Shown here: piece by piece, positions 29,262 through 39,515 of the stretch
Position numbering within the stretch: position 1 is the stretch's first letter
Layout: every line of letters begins with the position of its first letter
NCBI GenBank assembly: GCA_964639895.1
Contig: CAZXEJ010000004.1
Location: 1,033-65,032 of the forward strand
Direction: 5' to 3'
Source: an uncultured Spirochaetia bacterium
GTDB lineage: Bacteria > Desulfobacterota_D > UBA1144 > Nemesobacterales > JADFKM01
DNA: 64,000 nucleotides
Notes under the pieces: generated by a model
The model's database searches: none
What the model saw: only the letters and a program-made list of their open reading frames with translations
Told to the model about the DNA's origin: nothing
Program-made: the position numbers and the translations under genes

Positions 29262-29312
29262 GGGTTGACAAGTTCCCGCACCTTTACTACAATAGGTGAC
29301 TGACTGGTCAGT
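29262..29312 (+). promoter_or_regulatory. consensus sigma70 promoter (TTGACA-N17-TACAAT) with a palindromic TetR-type operator candidate (GACTGAC-TG-GTCAGTC) at the predicted transcription start
   Basis: TTGACA at 29262-29267 and TACAAT at 29288-29293, with a perfect 7-2-7 inverted repeat at 29297-29312, upstream of the tetR-aminotransferase pair. Confidence 0.45.
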
Positions 29313-29569
29313 CGAACCGGCCGGTCACCCCGCCGGCGGGCCGAAGCCCACTACGGCGACACAGGCAGGAGGCGGCGGACCGGGGATTCGGGGCTTGCGG
29401 CGGACGAAGGCGCGGGGAAGGGAAGCGGCCTCTCCAACGGCGGCGGGCCGAAGGGAGCTGGCGAGGGGGGAGGGGTGCGAGGCTGGAGGCACTCAACACC
29501 GGGTGGGCTCGGCGAGAGCACGGAACCGATGAGATGGTGGAACACAGAGGACGGAGAACATCGAGGGAT

Positions 29570-30214
29570 ATGATCAAAGTCAAGGAAAAGGTAAGAAGGG
29601 TGGCCGCAAAGACGCCGAGGGTCGCCAGTCGCGAGCGCAGGAGGTCGCAGATACTCAAAGCCGCGGCACGTCTGTTCGCTGAGAAGAGCTTTCATGACGT
29701 TACCATGGAAGAGGTGGCTCACGAGGTGGGCGTGGCCAAGGGGACGCTCTACATATACTTCGAATCCAAGGAGAAGCTCTACCTGGGAATACTGGAGAAC
29801 GCCTTCGAGGAACTCGTCGATCTCATCGAGAACGAGATCGCCAAGGACGACCCGGCTCCCGAGAAGCTGGCCAAGGTGTTGAAACTCATATACGGCTACT
29901 ATTCCCAGAACAAGGATGTGCTCCGGATACTGTCGCGCGACGAGACCCACCTCATAAGGGAACACTACGAGCTGACGGAACAGTGGCGCGGCAGGGGAGT
30001 GAAGCTTTACAAGCGCATCATCCAGAAGGGCATCAAGGAAGGGACGTTCAGGCCGATCAATCCGACGCTAGCGGCCCTGATGATATACGGCGTCGTAAGA
30101 TCGGTCACCTTCTACTACGACGCTCACAAGAGCCCCGAGAAAGTGGCCGAGGAGGTTTGCTCGGTGCTTACGAAGGGAATTCTCGCGGGCGAACGCAAGG
30201 AGACGAAAACATGA
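29570..30214 (+). CDS. TetR/AcrR-family transcriptional regulator
   Basis: N-terminal helix-turn-helix (…RRSQILKAAARLFAEKSFHDVTMEEVAHEVGVAKGTLYIYFESKEKLY…). I chose the start at MIKVKEK, which has an adjacent GAGGGA. Confidence 0.8.
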   Translation: MIKVKEKVRRVAAKTPRVASRERRRSQILKAAARLFAEKSFHDVTMEEVAHEVGVAKGTLYIYFESKEKLYLGILENAFEELVDLIENEIAKDDPAPEKLAKVLKLIYGYYSQNKDVLRILSRDETHLIREHYELTEQWRGRGVKLYKRIIQKGIKEGTFRPINPTLAALMIYGVVRSVTFYYDAHKSPEKVAEEVCSVLTKGILAGERKETKT

Positions 30215-30295
30215 CGAAAAGGCTTATATTTAATCAATCAAACGTAGGGAGGGACGCCGCAGGCAATCTCTACAAGACAAGGAGGTAAACGACCG

Positions 30296-31474
30296 ATGAG
30301 TTTCAACTACCCATTCAGCAGTCGGATACAACACTTTGTTCCGCCGAAGCAATGGGCCAGCATGCGAGTAGCGAAGGAGCTGGAAGCCAAGACGGGCAAG
30401 AGGATCATCCACTTCGAGAAGGGCGACTACCAGGGACCCGACTTCGAGACCCCGCCCCACATCCTCGACGCCACCATCCACGCGCTCAAGGAGGGCTACG
30501 TAAGGTACAACCCCGGACCCGGCCTGCCGGAGCTGAGGGAGGAGATAGCCAAGGAGGTCACACGCCGCGGAAGGAAGACCGAGCCCGACGAGGTCATCGT
30601 GACGGCCGGCGCCAAGCAGGCACTGCATATGTCCCTGCTCACCTTCCTCGAAGACGGTGACGAGGTGATCTTCCCCAATCCCGGCTATCCTCCCGACGAG
30701 GTGTGGGCCAAGTACGCAAGGGCCGTCATCAAGCACACCCCGCTCACCCGCGACACTTGGCAGTTCGACGTCGACAAGCTGGACTCAATGATCACCCCCA
30801 AGACTAAGCTCCTCATCATCAACACCCCGCAGCGCCCGAACGGCCACCTGGTGGAGAACCCCGAAGAGATAGCCGAACTGTGCAAGCGCCATCCACACTT
30901 GATGGTCATATCGGACGAGATCTTCTCCCACATCGTCTACGACGGCAGAGAGCACAAGTCCATCGCGAGCGTACCCGGCATGGAGGACCGAACGATCATC
31001 ATCGACACGTTCTCGAAGACCTACGCCATGACGGGATGGCGCATCGGTTGGGCCGTTGCCCCCAAGCCTGTGATCGAGAAGCTCTCCATCTTCCTCCAGG
31101 ATTCGATGACCAACGTTGCGGCCTTCATCCAGCGCGCCGCCTACGCAGCCATCTCCGGCCCGCAGGACTGGGTGGTGAGGAAGACGGAGCTGCTGCAGAA
31201 GAAGCGTGACCGGATGGTCGAAGGGCTCAACACCATACCCGGCTTCAAGTGCGACAAACCGGCCGGAGCCTTCTATGCATTCCCCGACATAACGGGTACC
31301 GGCATGACGTCCCAGGAGCTCACCGACCGCCTGATGGAGCGCGCCGGTGTGGCCGTCGTGGCCGGGACGGCCTTCGGCAGCCTCGGCGAGGGCTACGTGC
31401 GCGTCACCTACGCAACCTCCGACGAAGACATCGACGAGGGCATCGAGAGGATGAGGAAAGAGCTCTCGTCCTGA
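30296..31474 (+). CDS. PLP-dependent aminotransferase, class I/II (aspartate-aminotransferase fold)
   Basis: 392 aa with a PLP-lysine motif SFSKTYAMTGWRIGW and NPGYP and NTPQRPNG motifs. Confidence 0.85.
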   Translation: MSFNYPFSSRIQHFVPPKQWASMRVAKELEAKTGKRIIHFEKGDYQGPDFETPPHILDATIHALKEGYVRYNPGPGLPELREEIAKEVTRRGRKTEPDEVIVTAGAKQALHMSLLTFLEDGDEVIFPNPGYPPDEVWAKYARAVIKHTPLTRDTWQFDVDKLDSMITPKTKLLIINTPQRPNGHLVENPEEIAELCKRHPHLMVISDEIFSHIVYDGREHKSIASVPGMEDRTIIIDTFSKTYAMTGWRIGWAVAPKPVIEKLSIFLQDSMTNVAAFIQRAAYAAISGPQDWVVRKTELLQKKRDRMVEGLNTIPGFKCDKPAGAFYAFPDITGTGMTSQELTDRLMERAGVAVVAGTAFGSLGEGYVRVTYATSDEDIDEGIERMRKELSS

Positions 31475-31503
31475 GCAAGACAACCACCACCGTCACCACA
31501 TGC

Positions 31504-31529
31504 GGCGGCCCCGTGTCGACGGGGCCGCC
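31504..31529 (+). terminator. GC-rich hairpin after the aminotransferase gene (no U-tract)
   Basis: GGCGGCCCCG-tgtcga-CGGGGCCGCC is a 10-bp perfect stem, 30 nt past the stop. Confidence 0.35.
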
Positions 31530-31585
31530 CCCTCTGTATGCGCACCGTATACGGCCGAGGCCAACCCAAATCAGGGGGCGCACCC

Positions 31586-32500
31586 ATGAGAACCTCTCTC
31601 CTACTGACACGCGCTGGCTCCCTCGTCGTCGTGGCCGCCATACTCGTTGCGGCGGCACTCGTTGCAGGCTGCTCAAAGGCCCCCGTCACCGGGCGTAAGC
31701 AGCTCATCCTCATCTCTCCGCAACAGGAAGCCCGAATGGGGGTGGTCGCCTTCGCCGAGATCCTCAAGAAGGAGAGGATCTCCACCGATCCCCGATACAC
31801 GGCCGCCGTGGGAAGGGTGGTGGAGCGACTCTCGCGCGTAACGGGAGGCAGGGGCTACCGGTGGGAATACAAGGTGATCGACAACGACGAGGAGATTAAC
31901 GCCTTCGCGCTCCCGGGGGGCAAGATCGGGGTCTACACCGGCATACTCCGCGTCGCCGCCACGGACGCCGGCCTGGCCACGGTGCTCGGCCACGAGGTGG
32001 CCCATGTGACGGCACGCCACGGCGCCGAGAGGGTGACGACCGGTCTGCTGGCCCAGCTGGGAGCGGTGGGCCTCAACCTGGCGCTCCGAAACAGGGACCC
32101 GCGGCTGCTGAACATCGTCAACCAGGCCTACGGCCTCGGAATCACCGTAGGAGCCATACTCCCCTTCAGCCGCACCCAGGAGGCCGAGGCCGACCACATC
32201 GGTCTCATCTACATGGCCCGCGCAGGCTACAACCCGCGCGAGGCTATTGCGTTCTGGGAGCGGATGCACGAGGCCACCCGCAACCTGCCCCGACCGCCCG
32301 AGTTCCTCTCCACACACCCCGACTACAACACCCGAAGGGCCAACCTGCTCGCCTGGCAGGCTGAAGCCATGCGCTACTACTTGCGCGCGCCCAAGGCCCC
32401 CAACCTGCCGATAGCAGCCCCACGGGCTAGCCCCGCCCCGACGGCGCCGCCCCCCGGGGCCCACGCTGCCACCCAGCCTCAACGGCACGCCTGGAATTGA
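31586..32500 (+). CDS. M48-family zinc metallopeptidase lipoprotein (BepA/LoiP-like)
   Basis: Lipobox LVAGCS, an HEVAH zinc motif and a downstream E. I chose the start at MRTSLLL, which has an AGGGGG RBS. Confidence 0.8.
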   Translation: MRTSLLLTRAGSLVVVAAILVAAALVAGCSKAPVTGRKQLILISPQQEARMGVVAFAEILKKERISTDPRYTAAVGRVVERLSRVTGGRGYRWEYKVIDNDEEINAFALPGGKIGVYTGILRVAATDAGLATVLGHEVAHVTARHGAERVTTGLLAQLGAVGLNLALRNRDPRLLNIVNQAYGLGITVGAILPFSRTQEAEADHIGLIYMARAGYNPREAIAFWERMHEATRNLPRPPEFLSTHPDYNTRRANLLAWQAEAMRYYLRAPKAPNLPIAAPRASPAPTAPPPGAHAATQPQRHAWN

Positions 32501-32743
32501 CCCCCGTCGGCGATTCGCTCGCACGTTCAAGCGGCGCACCGTCCCTGCGGACAGCCTCACTTGTTGAAGCGCATCCCCCCGGCAAGCGGAAAACGACCGT
32601 CCGCCACGACACCGTAACCCCGCGGCGCAGCGCTCTTTCCCCTCGACGGCGTCCCAATGGTACCGACTCATCCCCCTGCACGTCGCCGCTCCCCCAATCG
32701 TGCGCCGGCGCCCTCCGAACAAGGACACCCCCAGCATGGGGGC

Positions 32744-33403
32744 TCAGCTGTCCATGGCGTGGTGCTTTATTATCTGCCCCCTTACGATGTAGACCGTGTC
32801 CTCGGCAATGTTGGTTGCCAGATCGGCCACCCGTTCGAGCTCCCTCCCCACCAGTATCAGCGAGAGGCTTCTCTCCACGGTGGTAGGGTCCTGGGCCATA
32901 TAGGTCACGAGCTCCCGTATCACCTGCTTGTAGAGCTCGTCCACGGTGTCGTCCTTCTTGCACACCTCAATCGCCAGGTCGGCGTTCTTGTTGACGAACG
33001 AGTCCAGGCTCTCGCGGAGCATCTCGATGGCGTGGTCGGCCATGCGCGGGATGTCGATGAGCGGCTTGACCAGGGGCTTGTCGGCGAGGAAGATCGCCCG
33101 CTCGGCCACGTTGACGGCGTGGTCGCCTATGCGCTCGAGGTCGTTGTTGATCTTGAGTATCATGAGGACGGTCCTCAGGTCCTCGGCCTCGGGGTGGAGA
33201 AGCGCCAGAATGCGCGTGCAGTGCTTGTCGATCTCGATCTCCTTCTGGTTCACTATCTTGTCGCTGCGGATAACCTCTTCGGCCAGGGCGCCGTCCTGCT
33301 CCTTCAAGGCCTTCACGCTCTTGGACAGCATGTCCTCGGCCAGGGCGGCCATCTCGAGCAGCTCCTTCTTCAGATTGGCGATCTCTACTTCTATCTTCTC
33401 CAT
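32744..33403 (-). CDS. phoU: phosphate transport system regulatory protein PhoU
   Basis: 219 aa with two PhoU repeats, each carrying the E/D-x-x-x-D metal motif (…DLERIGDHAVNVAE… and …ELERVADLATNIAE…). Confidence 0.9.
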   Translation of the reverse strand: MEKIEVEIANLKKELLEMAALAEDMLSKSVKALKEQDGALAEEVIRSDKIVNQKEIEIDKHCTRILALLHPEAEDLRTVLMILKINNDLERIGDHAVNVAERAIFLADKPLVKPLIDIPRMADHAIEMLRESLDSFVNKNADLAIEVCKKDDTVDELYKQVIRELVTYMAQDPTTVERSLSLILVGRELERVADLATNIAEDTVYIVRGQIIKHHAMDS

Positions 33404-33442
33404 ACCGTCTAAACACCTCGTCTTGCAGGAAGGGAGCGCCCG

Positions 33443-34339
33443 TCAGCCGAACCTGCCCGTTATGTAGTCCTGCGTCTCCTTGCGCGAGGGGGTGACGAAC
33501 AGCACCTCCGTCTCCGCATACTCGATCAAACGCCCGAGATAGAGGAAGGCCGTGTAGTCCGACACGCGCGAGGCCTGCTGCATGTTATGCGTCACGACCA
33601 CGATGGTGTAGTTCTCCTTGAGCTCCCTCATCAACTCCTCGATCTTCGACGTGGCCATCGGGTCGAGCGCCGAGCAAGGCTCGTCCATAAGCAAAACGTC
33701 GGGCTCGACCGCTATGGCGCGTGCTATACACAGGCGCTGCTGCTGGCCGCCCGAGAGGCCGAGGGCGTTCTGGTCGAGCCGATCCTTGACCTCGTCCCAG
33801 AGGGCGGCGCTGCGGAGGCTCTTCTCCACGATGTAGTCGAGCTCGTCCTTCCTCTTCACCCCGGCTATGCGCGGCCCGTAGGCCACGTTGTCGTAGATGG
33901 ACTTGGGGAAGGGGTTAGACTGCTGGAACACCATCCCCACGCGCTTGCGCAGCTCGGTCACATCGCTTTCCATGTGGTAGATGTCGACGCCGTTGAGATA
34001 GATCGTCCCCTCGATGCGGACGTCATCGATGAGGTCGTTGAGTCGGTTGAAGCAGCGTAGAAACGTCGACTTGCCGCACCCCGAGGGGCCGATGAACGCC
34101 GTAACCTTGTTGCGAGCGATATCGAGCGTGATGTCGTGTAGCGCCTGCGTATCCCCATAGAAGAGGGAGAGGTTCCTCACCTCGAGCACGGGGTCCTCGA
34201 TCACGGGCTGCCTTACGGCCCGCTGCTCCAACTCGGCACTACGCTGAGGCGCCTCCTCCCCGCCACGCTCTTCCTTCCGGCGCACTTCGGTCTCGGCACC
34301 CAAGCTCAAAGCCCTCCCTGCTGCGTAGTCCTTATTCAT
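33443..34339 (-). CDS. pstB: phosphate ABC transporter ATP-binding protein
   Basis: Walker [13 protein letters not shown] signature LSGGQQQR and Walker B LLMDEP. I chose the start at MNKDY (34339); the upstream track extension overlaps the pstA 3' end and is spurious. Confidence 0.9.
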   Translation of the reverse strand: MNKDYAAGRALSLGAETEVRRKEERGGEEAPQRSAELEQRAVRQPVIEDPVLEVRNLSLFYGDTQALHDITLDIARNKVTAFIGPSGCGKSTFLRCFNRLNDLIDDVRIEGTIYLNGVDIYHMESDVTELRKRVGMVFQQSNPFPKSIYDNVAYGPRIAGVKRKDELDYIVEKSLRSAALWDEVKDRLDQNALGLSGGQQQRLCIARAIAVEPDVLLMDEPCSALDPMATSKIEELMRELKENYTIVVVTHNMQQASRVSDYTAFLYLGRLIEYAETEVLFVTPSRKETQDYITGRFG

Positions 34340-34386
34340 CAATTTATCATACCCCTTCGGCGCCGGCCCCGTAACCCCGCATCCGC

Positions 34387-36042
34387 CTAGAACATCCCCG
34401 TAGCGTACCGCTTCCTCAGCCTGTTTCTCACCACGATGGCCACAACGTTGAGGACGACCACTATGAGAATTAGCAGAAGCGCCGTGGCATAGACCATCGA
34501 TTTTGCGGCCTCTACGTTGGGAGATTGGAACCCCACGTCGTATATGTGGAACCCAAGATGCATGAACTTGCGCGACAGGTGGACGAAGGGGAAGCGCCCG
34601 TCCACGGGCAGCTCGGGGGCAAGCTTGACGACCCCGGTAAGCATCAGCGGGGCAACCTCGCCCGTAGCCCTGGCCACGGCGAGAATGAGCCCCGTAAGGA
34701 TACCCGGCATGGCGCTCGGCAACACCACCTTGACCAGGGTCTCGAACTTCGTCGCCCCGAGGGCGAGGGAGCCGTGCCTTATCTTCTCGGGAACGGCGTC
34801 GAGTCCTTCCTCGGTGGCCACTATGACGACCGGAAGCGTAAGCAACGCAAGCGTAAGCGACGCCCACAGCACGCCGCCCGTGCCGAAAGTGGGCGTGGGC
34901 AGCGCAGCCTTATAGAACAGCCTGTCTATGATACCCCCCACACCGTAGATGAAGAACCCCACGCCGAACACCCCGAACACTATCGAGGGCACACCGGCCA
35001 GGTTGTTGACACTCACCCTTACGAGTTGTACGAACGTGCCCTCCTTCGCATACTCCTTGAGGTAAACGGCCGCAACGACGCCGAACGGCATTACGGCGAC
35101 GCTCATGATGAGCACCATCATCACCGTGCCGAAGATGGCCGGGAACACGCCGCCCTCGGTGTTGGATTCGCGCGGATCGTCGAGTAGGAACTCCCCCACC
35201 TTGGACACGTAGAAGGCGGCCTTGGAGGCCGGACCCATGGAATTGGGCTTGTAGGGACGCACGATGGAACCCACGGCAACGTCGAGCTCCCGCCCCTGAG
35301 CGGTTCTGACCAGCAGCTTGTAGATGCGCAGCCGTTCGTAGAGCGACGTTATCTCGCGCTCCTTCTCTTTGTGCAGCCGCTCGAGCCTCTCGATCTCAGC
35401 CCGGTGGCGCTCGATCTCCGCCCTTCCCCGCTCGGTGGCGGCCGCCCCCTTGAGCGCGAGCCCCCTTATCCGTATACGCAGTTCCTCAATGCGGTGGTTG
35501 ATATCGCCGACCTCTTTCTTCTCGAGCCGCTCTATACGCGAGCGTATTTTCTCCACCTCGGGCAGCACCTCAAGCATACGGCGCCACGCCTCACCGGGGT
35601 CCTCGATCAGGCGTTCACCCCCGCCCGTCGCCACGCGGAGCCCCACGACGAAACCGTAGAAGTCACCCCACTCCGTCCTCTCCAGCGCCACCGCGTCGGC
35701 CGGATAGGTGATGGAAGAGATCTCGCTCTCGGGCACCCACACGAAATCGAGGCCGTAGACGTCCCGGTTGCCGACCTTGAGTTGTATGCGATGCTCCTCC
35801 TTCGGGGGGGCGCCGGCCTCGAGCACGGGCACCTTCTCGCGGTCCACCACCTTGCCCAAGTAGAGCCGGCCGTCTTTGAGCTTGACGAGAGCGAGATCGG
35901 CGGGCCAGAAGAACCCCGCCGCCTTTACGGCTATGAGACCCACGAGCAGCCCCACCATGAGCAGGCTGAACATGAGCGCCCCGCCCGTAAACCATATGAA
36001 CGGGTCGCCGCTGCGCCAGAACTCTCTGAAAAGCGACCTCAT
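34387..36042 (-). CDS. pstA: phosphate ABC transporter permease PstA, long form with a ~250-aa N-terminal periplasmic/coiled-coil insertion
   Basis: The C-terminal 280 aa form a PstA-type permease core (…[26 protein letters not shown]…). The N-terminal extension after TM1 contains a charged coiled-coil ([23 protein letters not shown]…). Confidence 0.85.
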   Translation of the reverse strand: MRSLFREFWRSGDPFIWFTGGALMFSLLMVGLLVGLIAVKAAGFFWPADLALVKLKDGRLYLGKVVDREKVPVLEAGAPPKEEHRIQLKVGNRDVYGLDFVWVPESEISSITYPADAVALERTEWGDFYGFVVGLRVATGGGERLIEDPGEAWRRMLEVLPEVEKIRSRIERLEKKEVGDINHRIEELRIRIRGLALKGAAATERGRAEIERHRAEIERLERLHKEKEREITSLYERLRIYKLLVRTAQGRELDVAVGSIVRPYKPNSMGPASKAAFYVSKVGEFLLDDPRESNTEGGVFPAIFGTVMMVLIMSVAVMPFGVVAAVYLKEYAKEGTFVQLVRVSVNNLAGVPSIVFGVFGVGFFIYGVGGIIDRLFYKAALPTPTFGTGGVLWASLTLALLTLPVVIVATEEGLDAVPEKIRHGSLALGATKFETLVKVVLPSAMPGILTGLILAVARATGEVAPLMLTGVVKLAPELPVDGRFPFVHLSRKFMHLGFHIYDVGFQSPNVEAAKSMVYATALLLILIVVVLNVVAIVVRNRLRKRYATGMF

Positions 36043-36079
36043 CTCTACAACCCCCGCAACGCCGTCCCCCCGCGCGCCG

Positions 36080-38341
36080 CTAGAGCCTGCGGTACATCCT
36101 CCTCAACTTGAGCCTTACTATCTCCGAGAGCGTGTTGATGAAGAACGTCATCACGAAAAGCAATATGGCCGAGACGAACAGCACCCTGTAGAGGGTCCCA
36201 CCCTGGGGCGCCTCGGGGAGCTCGACGGCTATGTTGGCCGAGAGCGCCCGGAACCCCTCGAACGGGTTCCAGTCCATGAGCGGGGTGTTGCCGGTGGCCA
36301 TTAGCACGATCATCGTCTCACCGACGGCCCTGCCCATGCCCAACATGACGGCCGAGAATATCCCCGGGCTGGCCGTAGGCAGGACGACGTTGATGGCCGT
36401 CTGCCACCTGGTTGCACCAAGGGCCAGCGAGCCCGAGACCAGGTGGTTCGGCACGCCGGAGAGCGCGTCTTCGCTTATAGTGAATATGATGGGGATGACA
36501 GCGAACCCCATGGCGAAACCGACTATGAGCGCGTTGCGCTGGTCGTAGCGCAGGCCCAGCACCTCCATGAGCCAGGTGCGGAACTCTCCACCCATGACAT
36601 GAAGCTCCATATAGCCGTTGAGCCATGCGCACAGCGCTATCCCCAGCGCATAGACGGGCACGAGCAGCAACAGCTCCGTCCCCCCGCGGAACCTCGTTCT
36701 CACCCCTCGGGGCACAACCCTCCAGGCGATCACGGAAAGCAGCGTGAGCAGGGGGAAGACGGCAAGCCCCACGACGACGCCCGGCATGTAGCGCTCGATC
36801 AGGGGGGCGAGCCACAGCCCGGCCAGGAATCCCAGCACGACGCTCGGCAACGCCGCCATCATCTCGAGCACGGGCTTAAAAACTGCTCGCAGACGGCGGT
36901 GCATGAACTGCGATACGCACAGTGCAGACAACACCCCCAGAGGCACGGCGAAAATCAGAGCGTAGAACGTTCCCTTCACCGTTCCGAACACAAGCGGCGT
37001 TAGGCTCAGCTTGGGCTCGTATTCGTCCGTCCCTCCGGTGGACTGCCACACCCACGCAGGCCCAGGGTAGCCCTCGTACCACACCTTGCCGAACAGCGCC
37101 TTGAGGCTTACCTCGGGATGGGGGTTGTCGATCCTCCAACTCACCACCCTTCCCCCGCCCGTAGCGGCCACGGCGCCGTTGGCCCGGGGCGAGAAGGCCA
37201 GAGCGGTCACCGGCCGGCCGCCGGCACTAAAGACGGCAAGCCTCCTTTCCGAGGTGACGTAATGGAGCATCACCTCACCGGCGGCGTCGGCGCTGAGAAG
37301 CCCCCTTCGCCGAGGCGAGGGAGCAAGGGCCGTCACGGCCGTCTTGTGGCTCTCAAGCACGTGGGCGCGCACCAGCCTCTTGCCCATCGGTGAGGTCTCG
37401 TCCGGAACGAGGAACCATATCGACACACCGCCCGAGGCATCGCCCACGGCGAGCGAGTTGCCCCCCAGTATGAACCCCATCGCCGTCACGGCCGTCCTGC
37501 GGTCGGGGGAGGCCTGGTGGTAGTCCATGAACTCCGGTGCGGTCCTGTCGACGAGGGCCCAGTGGAATATGCGGCCGTCGGCGGTGCCCGCATAAAGGTT
37601 GCGGACCCCCGAGTCGATGGCTACGTGCGTTGGGCGTGCCCCCTTGAGCATGGGAGTAAGATCGAACGTCCACGAGCGCCTCTCCCCCTCGCCGAAAAGG
37701 GACGTCTCCACCTCTTCGGTAACGAGCACCAGCCCGCCGCCCCGAGTGACGGCGGCGGCGGCACCGCCCTCGTCGTCCTCTACGAGCCTGGCATCGGTCA
37801 GAGGGGCGTCCGCAACGCGGAGCGAGCGAACGGTTCTGACAACCGCCTTGAAGTGCCTCGATCCCGCCTGGTCGTACTTGTAGTCGAAGCCCACCTCCAC
37901 CTCGATCACCCTGCCCGCCGAGGTGGCCACAACGTAGCGGTCGCTGCCCGGCAGGTGGTGGGCGCTTGTCGCCTCCTCGCCGTCGGCGAGGCCGATCGAC
38001 CTTGCGAAGAGGCGCCCGCCGTCCCTCAAGGAATAGAACTCCACCCGTCCCTGGGGAGTGAGAGCGTATAGCACCTCGCGGTACTCGTCTTCCCCGATGG
38101 CGAGCGGCTCGGTGCCGAGGGCGGAGAGGTCCAGCACAGATTCGACGCCGGTGCGGGCGCCCCGCCACAGCGGCAGCGTCTCGAACACAATAAAGAAGAA
38201 GATGGCGAGAATGCAGAACACTACGCCCACGCCGCCCAGGGCGAAGCACCACCGGGCCGCCCGGTCCACGAGCAGGCGTCTTCTAAGGCGGGCAGATAGC
38301 GAACCGCTCAGCTGATTGGGCTTGCGTCGTTCAACGTCCAT
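36080..38341 (-). CDS. pstC: phosphate ABC transporter permease PstC, long form with a ~400-aa periplasmic beta-rich domain after TM1
   Basis: 753 aa. The C-terminal ~300 aa are the PstC core (…[29 protein letters not shown]…). The N-terminal domain has repeated …G.V..W… strands suggestive of a beta-propeller. Confidence 0.85.
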   Translation of the reverse strand: MDVERRKPNQLSGSLSARLRRRLLVDRAARWCFALGGVGVVFCILAIFFFIVFETLPLWRGARTGVESVLDLSALGTEPLAIGEDEYREVLYALTPQGRVEFYSLRDGGRLFARSIGLADGEEATSAHHLPGSDRYVVATSAGRVIEVEVGFDYKYDQAGSRHFKAVVRTVRSLRVADAPLTDARLVEDDEGGAAAAVTRGGGLVLVTEEVETSLFGEGERRSWTFDLTPMLKGARPTHVAIDSGVRNLYAGTADGRIFHWALVDRTAPEFMDYHQASPDRRTAVTAMGFILGGNSLAVGDASGGVSIWFLVPDETSPMGKRLVRAHVLESHKTAVTALAPSPRRRGLLSADAAGEVMLHYVTSERRLAVFSAGGRPVTALAFSPRANGAVAATGGGRVVSWRIDNPHPEVSLKALFGKVWYEGYPGPAWVWQSTGGTDEYEPKLSLTPLVFGTVKGTFYALIFAVPLGVLSALCVSQFMHRRLRAVFKPVLEMMAALPSVVLGFLAGLWLAPLIERYMPGVVVGLAVFPLLTLLSVIAWRVVPRGVRTRFRGGTELLLLVPVYALGIALCAWLNGYMELHVMGGEFRTWLMEVLGLRYDQRNALIVGFAMGFAVIPIIFTISEDALSGVPNHLVSGSLALGATRWQTAINVVLPTASPGIFSAVMLGMGRAVGETMIVLMATGNTPLMDWNPFEGFRALSANIAVELPEAPQGGTLYRVLFVSAILLFVMTFFINTLSEIVRLKLRRMYRRL

Positions 38342-38402
38342 CCCGTCTCCGGAGCCACAGGGGCCGTTCCCCTACACCCAACAGCACGACCCCACCGGCG
38401 GC

Positions 38403-39383
38403 TCAGCGTATCTTCTCCCTCTCCTTCATCAAAACTCCGTAGGGAAGCGGGTCGTAGCCGGCCTTGACCACGCCCTGCTGCCCCTCTCGGCTGAGGACGA
38501 ACAACAGAAACTCGCGCACCAGGGGGTCGAGCGGCCTGTTGGGCGCCTTGTTTATGACCACGTAGAGGAACCTGCCCAGCGGGTAGGAGCCGTTGAGCAC
38601 GTTCTCGTTGGTGGGCGCACTGAACGGTTGACCAGCCTTCCTTGCGAGGGGGAGAACCCTCACACCGGACGTTCTGTAACCGATGCCGCTGTAGCCTATG
38701 CCGTAGAGGTCGCGCGTCACCGACTGCACGACGGAGGCCGAGCCGGGTTGCTCCTTCACGCGGTCCTTGTAGTCGCCCTTGCAGAGGGCGTGCTTCTTGA
38801 AGAAGCCGTAGGTGCCCGAAGCGGAGTTGCGGCCGTAGAGGCTGATGGTCTTTCCCGCCCAGCGCCCGCCGAGTCCCAACTGGTCCCAGCGGTTGATGTC
38901 CTCGGGATAACCGCATCGGCGCGTCTTGGAAAATATGGCGTCGAGTTGCGGTATGGTGAGCCCCTCCAGGGGGTTGTCCTTGTTCACGTAGACCGCCAGT
39001 GCATCGAGGGCGACGCGCACGACCGTGGGCTTGTAGCCGAATTTCTTCTCGAACTTGTCTATCTCCGTGTTCTTGAGCGGCCTCGACATAGGACCGAGCT
39101 CGGCCGTGCCGGCTATAAGGGCGGGCGGTGCCGTGCTGGACCCCTTTCCTTCTATCTGGCACCTCACGCTCGGATAGAACTTCGAGAACCGCTCACACCA
39201 CAGCGCCATCATGTTGTTCATCGTATCTGAACCCACGCTGTCGATTCCACCGGCTACACCGCTTACCTTTCGATAGTGCGGTATGCGTGGGTCGGGGTCG
39301 ACGGCCCCTGCTCGGGGGGGCAATGCCGTCGCAACCATGGCTATCACAGCCAGCAAAGCCAACCGCATCCGATAAGCTACCAT
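38403..39383 (-). CDS. pstS: phosphate-binding periplasmic protein PstS
   Basis: Signal peptide followed by PstS-like motifs (GKGSSTAPPALIAGTAELGPMSRPLK and GSYPL.RFLY). A GGAGGTG RBS sits 6 nt upstream. Confidence 0.85.
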   Translation of the reverse strand: MVAYRMRLALLAVIAMVATALPPRAGAVDPDPRIPHYRKVSGVAGGIDSVGSDTMNNMMALWCERFSKFYPSVRCQIEGKGSSTAPPALIAGTAELGPMSRPLKNTEIDKFEKKFGYKPTVVRVALDALAVYVNKDNPLEGLTIPQLDAIFSKTRRCGYPEDINRWDQLGLGGRWAGKTISLYGRNSASGTYGFFKKHALCKGDYKDRVKEQPGSASVVQSVTRDLYGIGYSGIGYRTSGVRVLPLARKAGQPFSAPTNENVLNGSYPLGRFLYVVINKAPNRPLDPLVREFLLFVLSREGQQGVVKAGYDPLPYGVLMKEREKIR

Positions 39384-39429
39384 CTATTCACCTCCTGCAC
39401 GAGAGGGGAAAGGCGTTCCCCTCGCCTAC

Positions 39430-39470
39430 GGGAACTACTATACCGCCGCATTGTTAAGGTTGTGTTAACA
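39430..39470 (-). promoter_or_regulatory. candidate Pho-box-like direct repeat (TTAACA-N5-TTAACA, 11-bp phasing) followed 9 nt later by a TATAGT -10, upstream of pstS
   Basis: The minus strand reads TGTTAACACAACCTTAACAATGCGGCGGTATAGT, ending about 45 nt upstream of the pstS ATG. This is the geometry expected for a PhoB-type activator site replacing the -35. Confidence 0.35.
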
Positions 39471-39515
39471 GGGGGTAAAGGTGCCGCAAAGCGGGTCGGG
39501 GGAAGGCAACGGCCC

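Noticed and set aside
36443-38252. Several 180-300-aa ORFs antisense or off-frame within pstC
   Set aside because: They are low-complexity, and the pstC frame is continuous with a recognisable permease core.
39402-39422. Hairpin GAGGGGAA-aggcg-TTCCCCTC read as a terminator for the upstream hypothetical gene
   Set aside because: It lies downstream of the candidate Pho-box and -10, inside the predicted pstS 5' UTR, with no U-tract. It is more likely a leader structure, so I did not call it as a feature.
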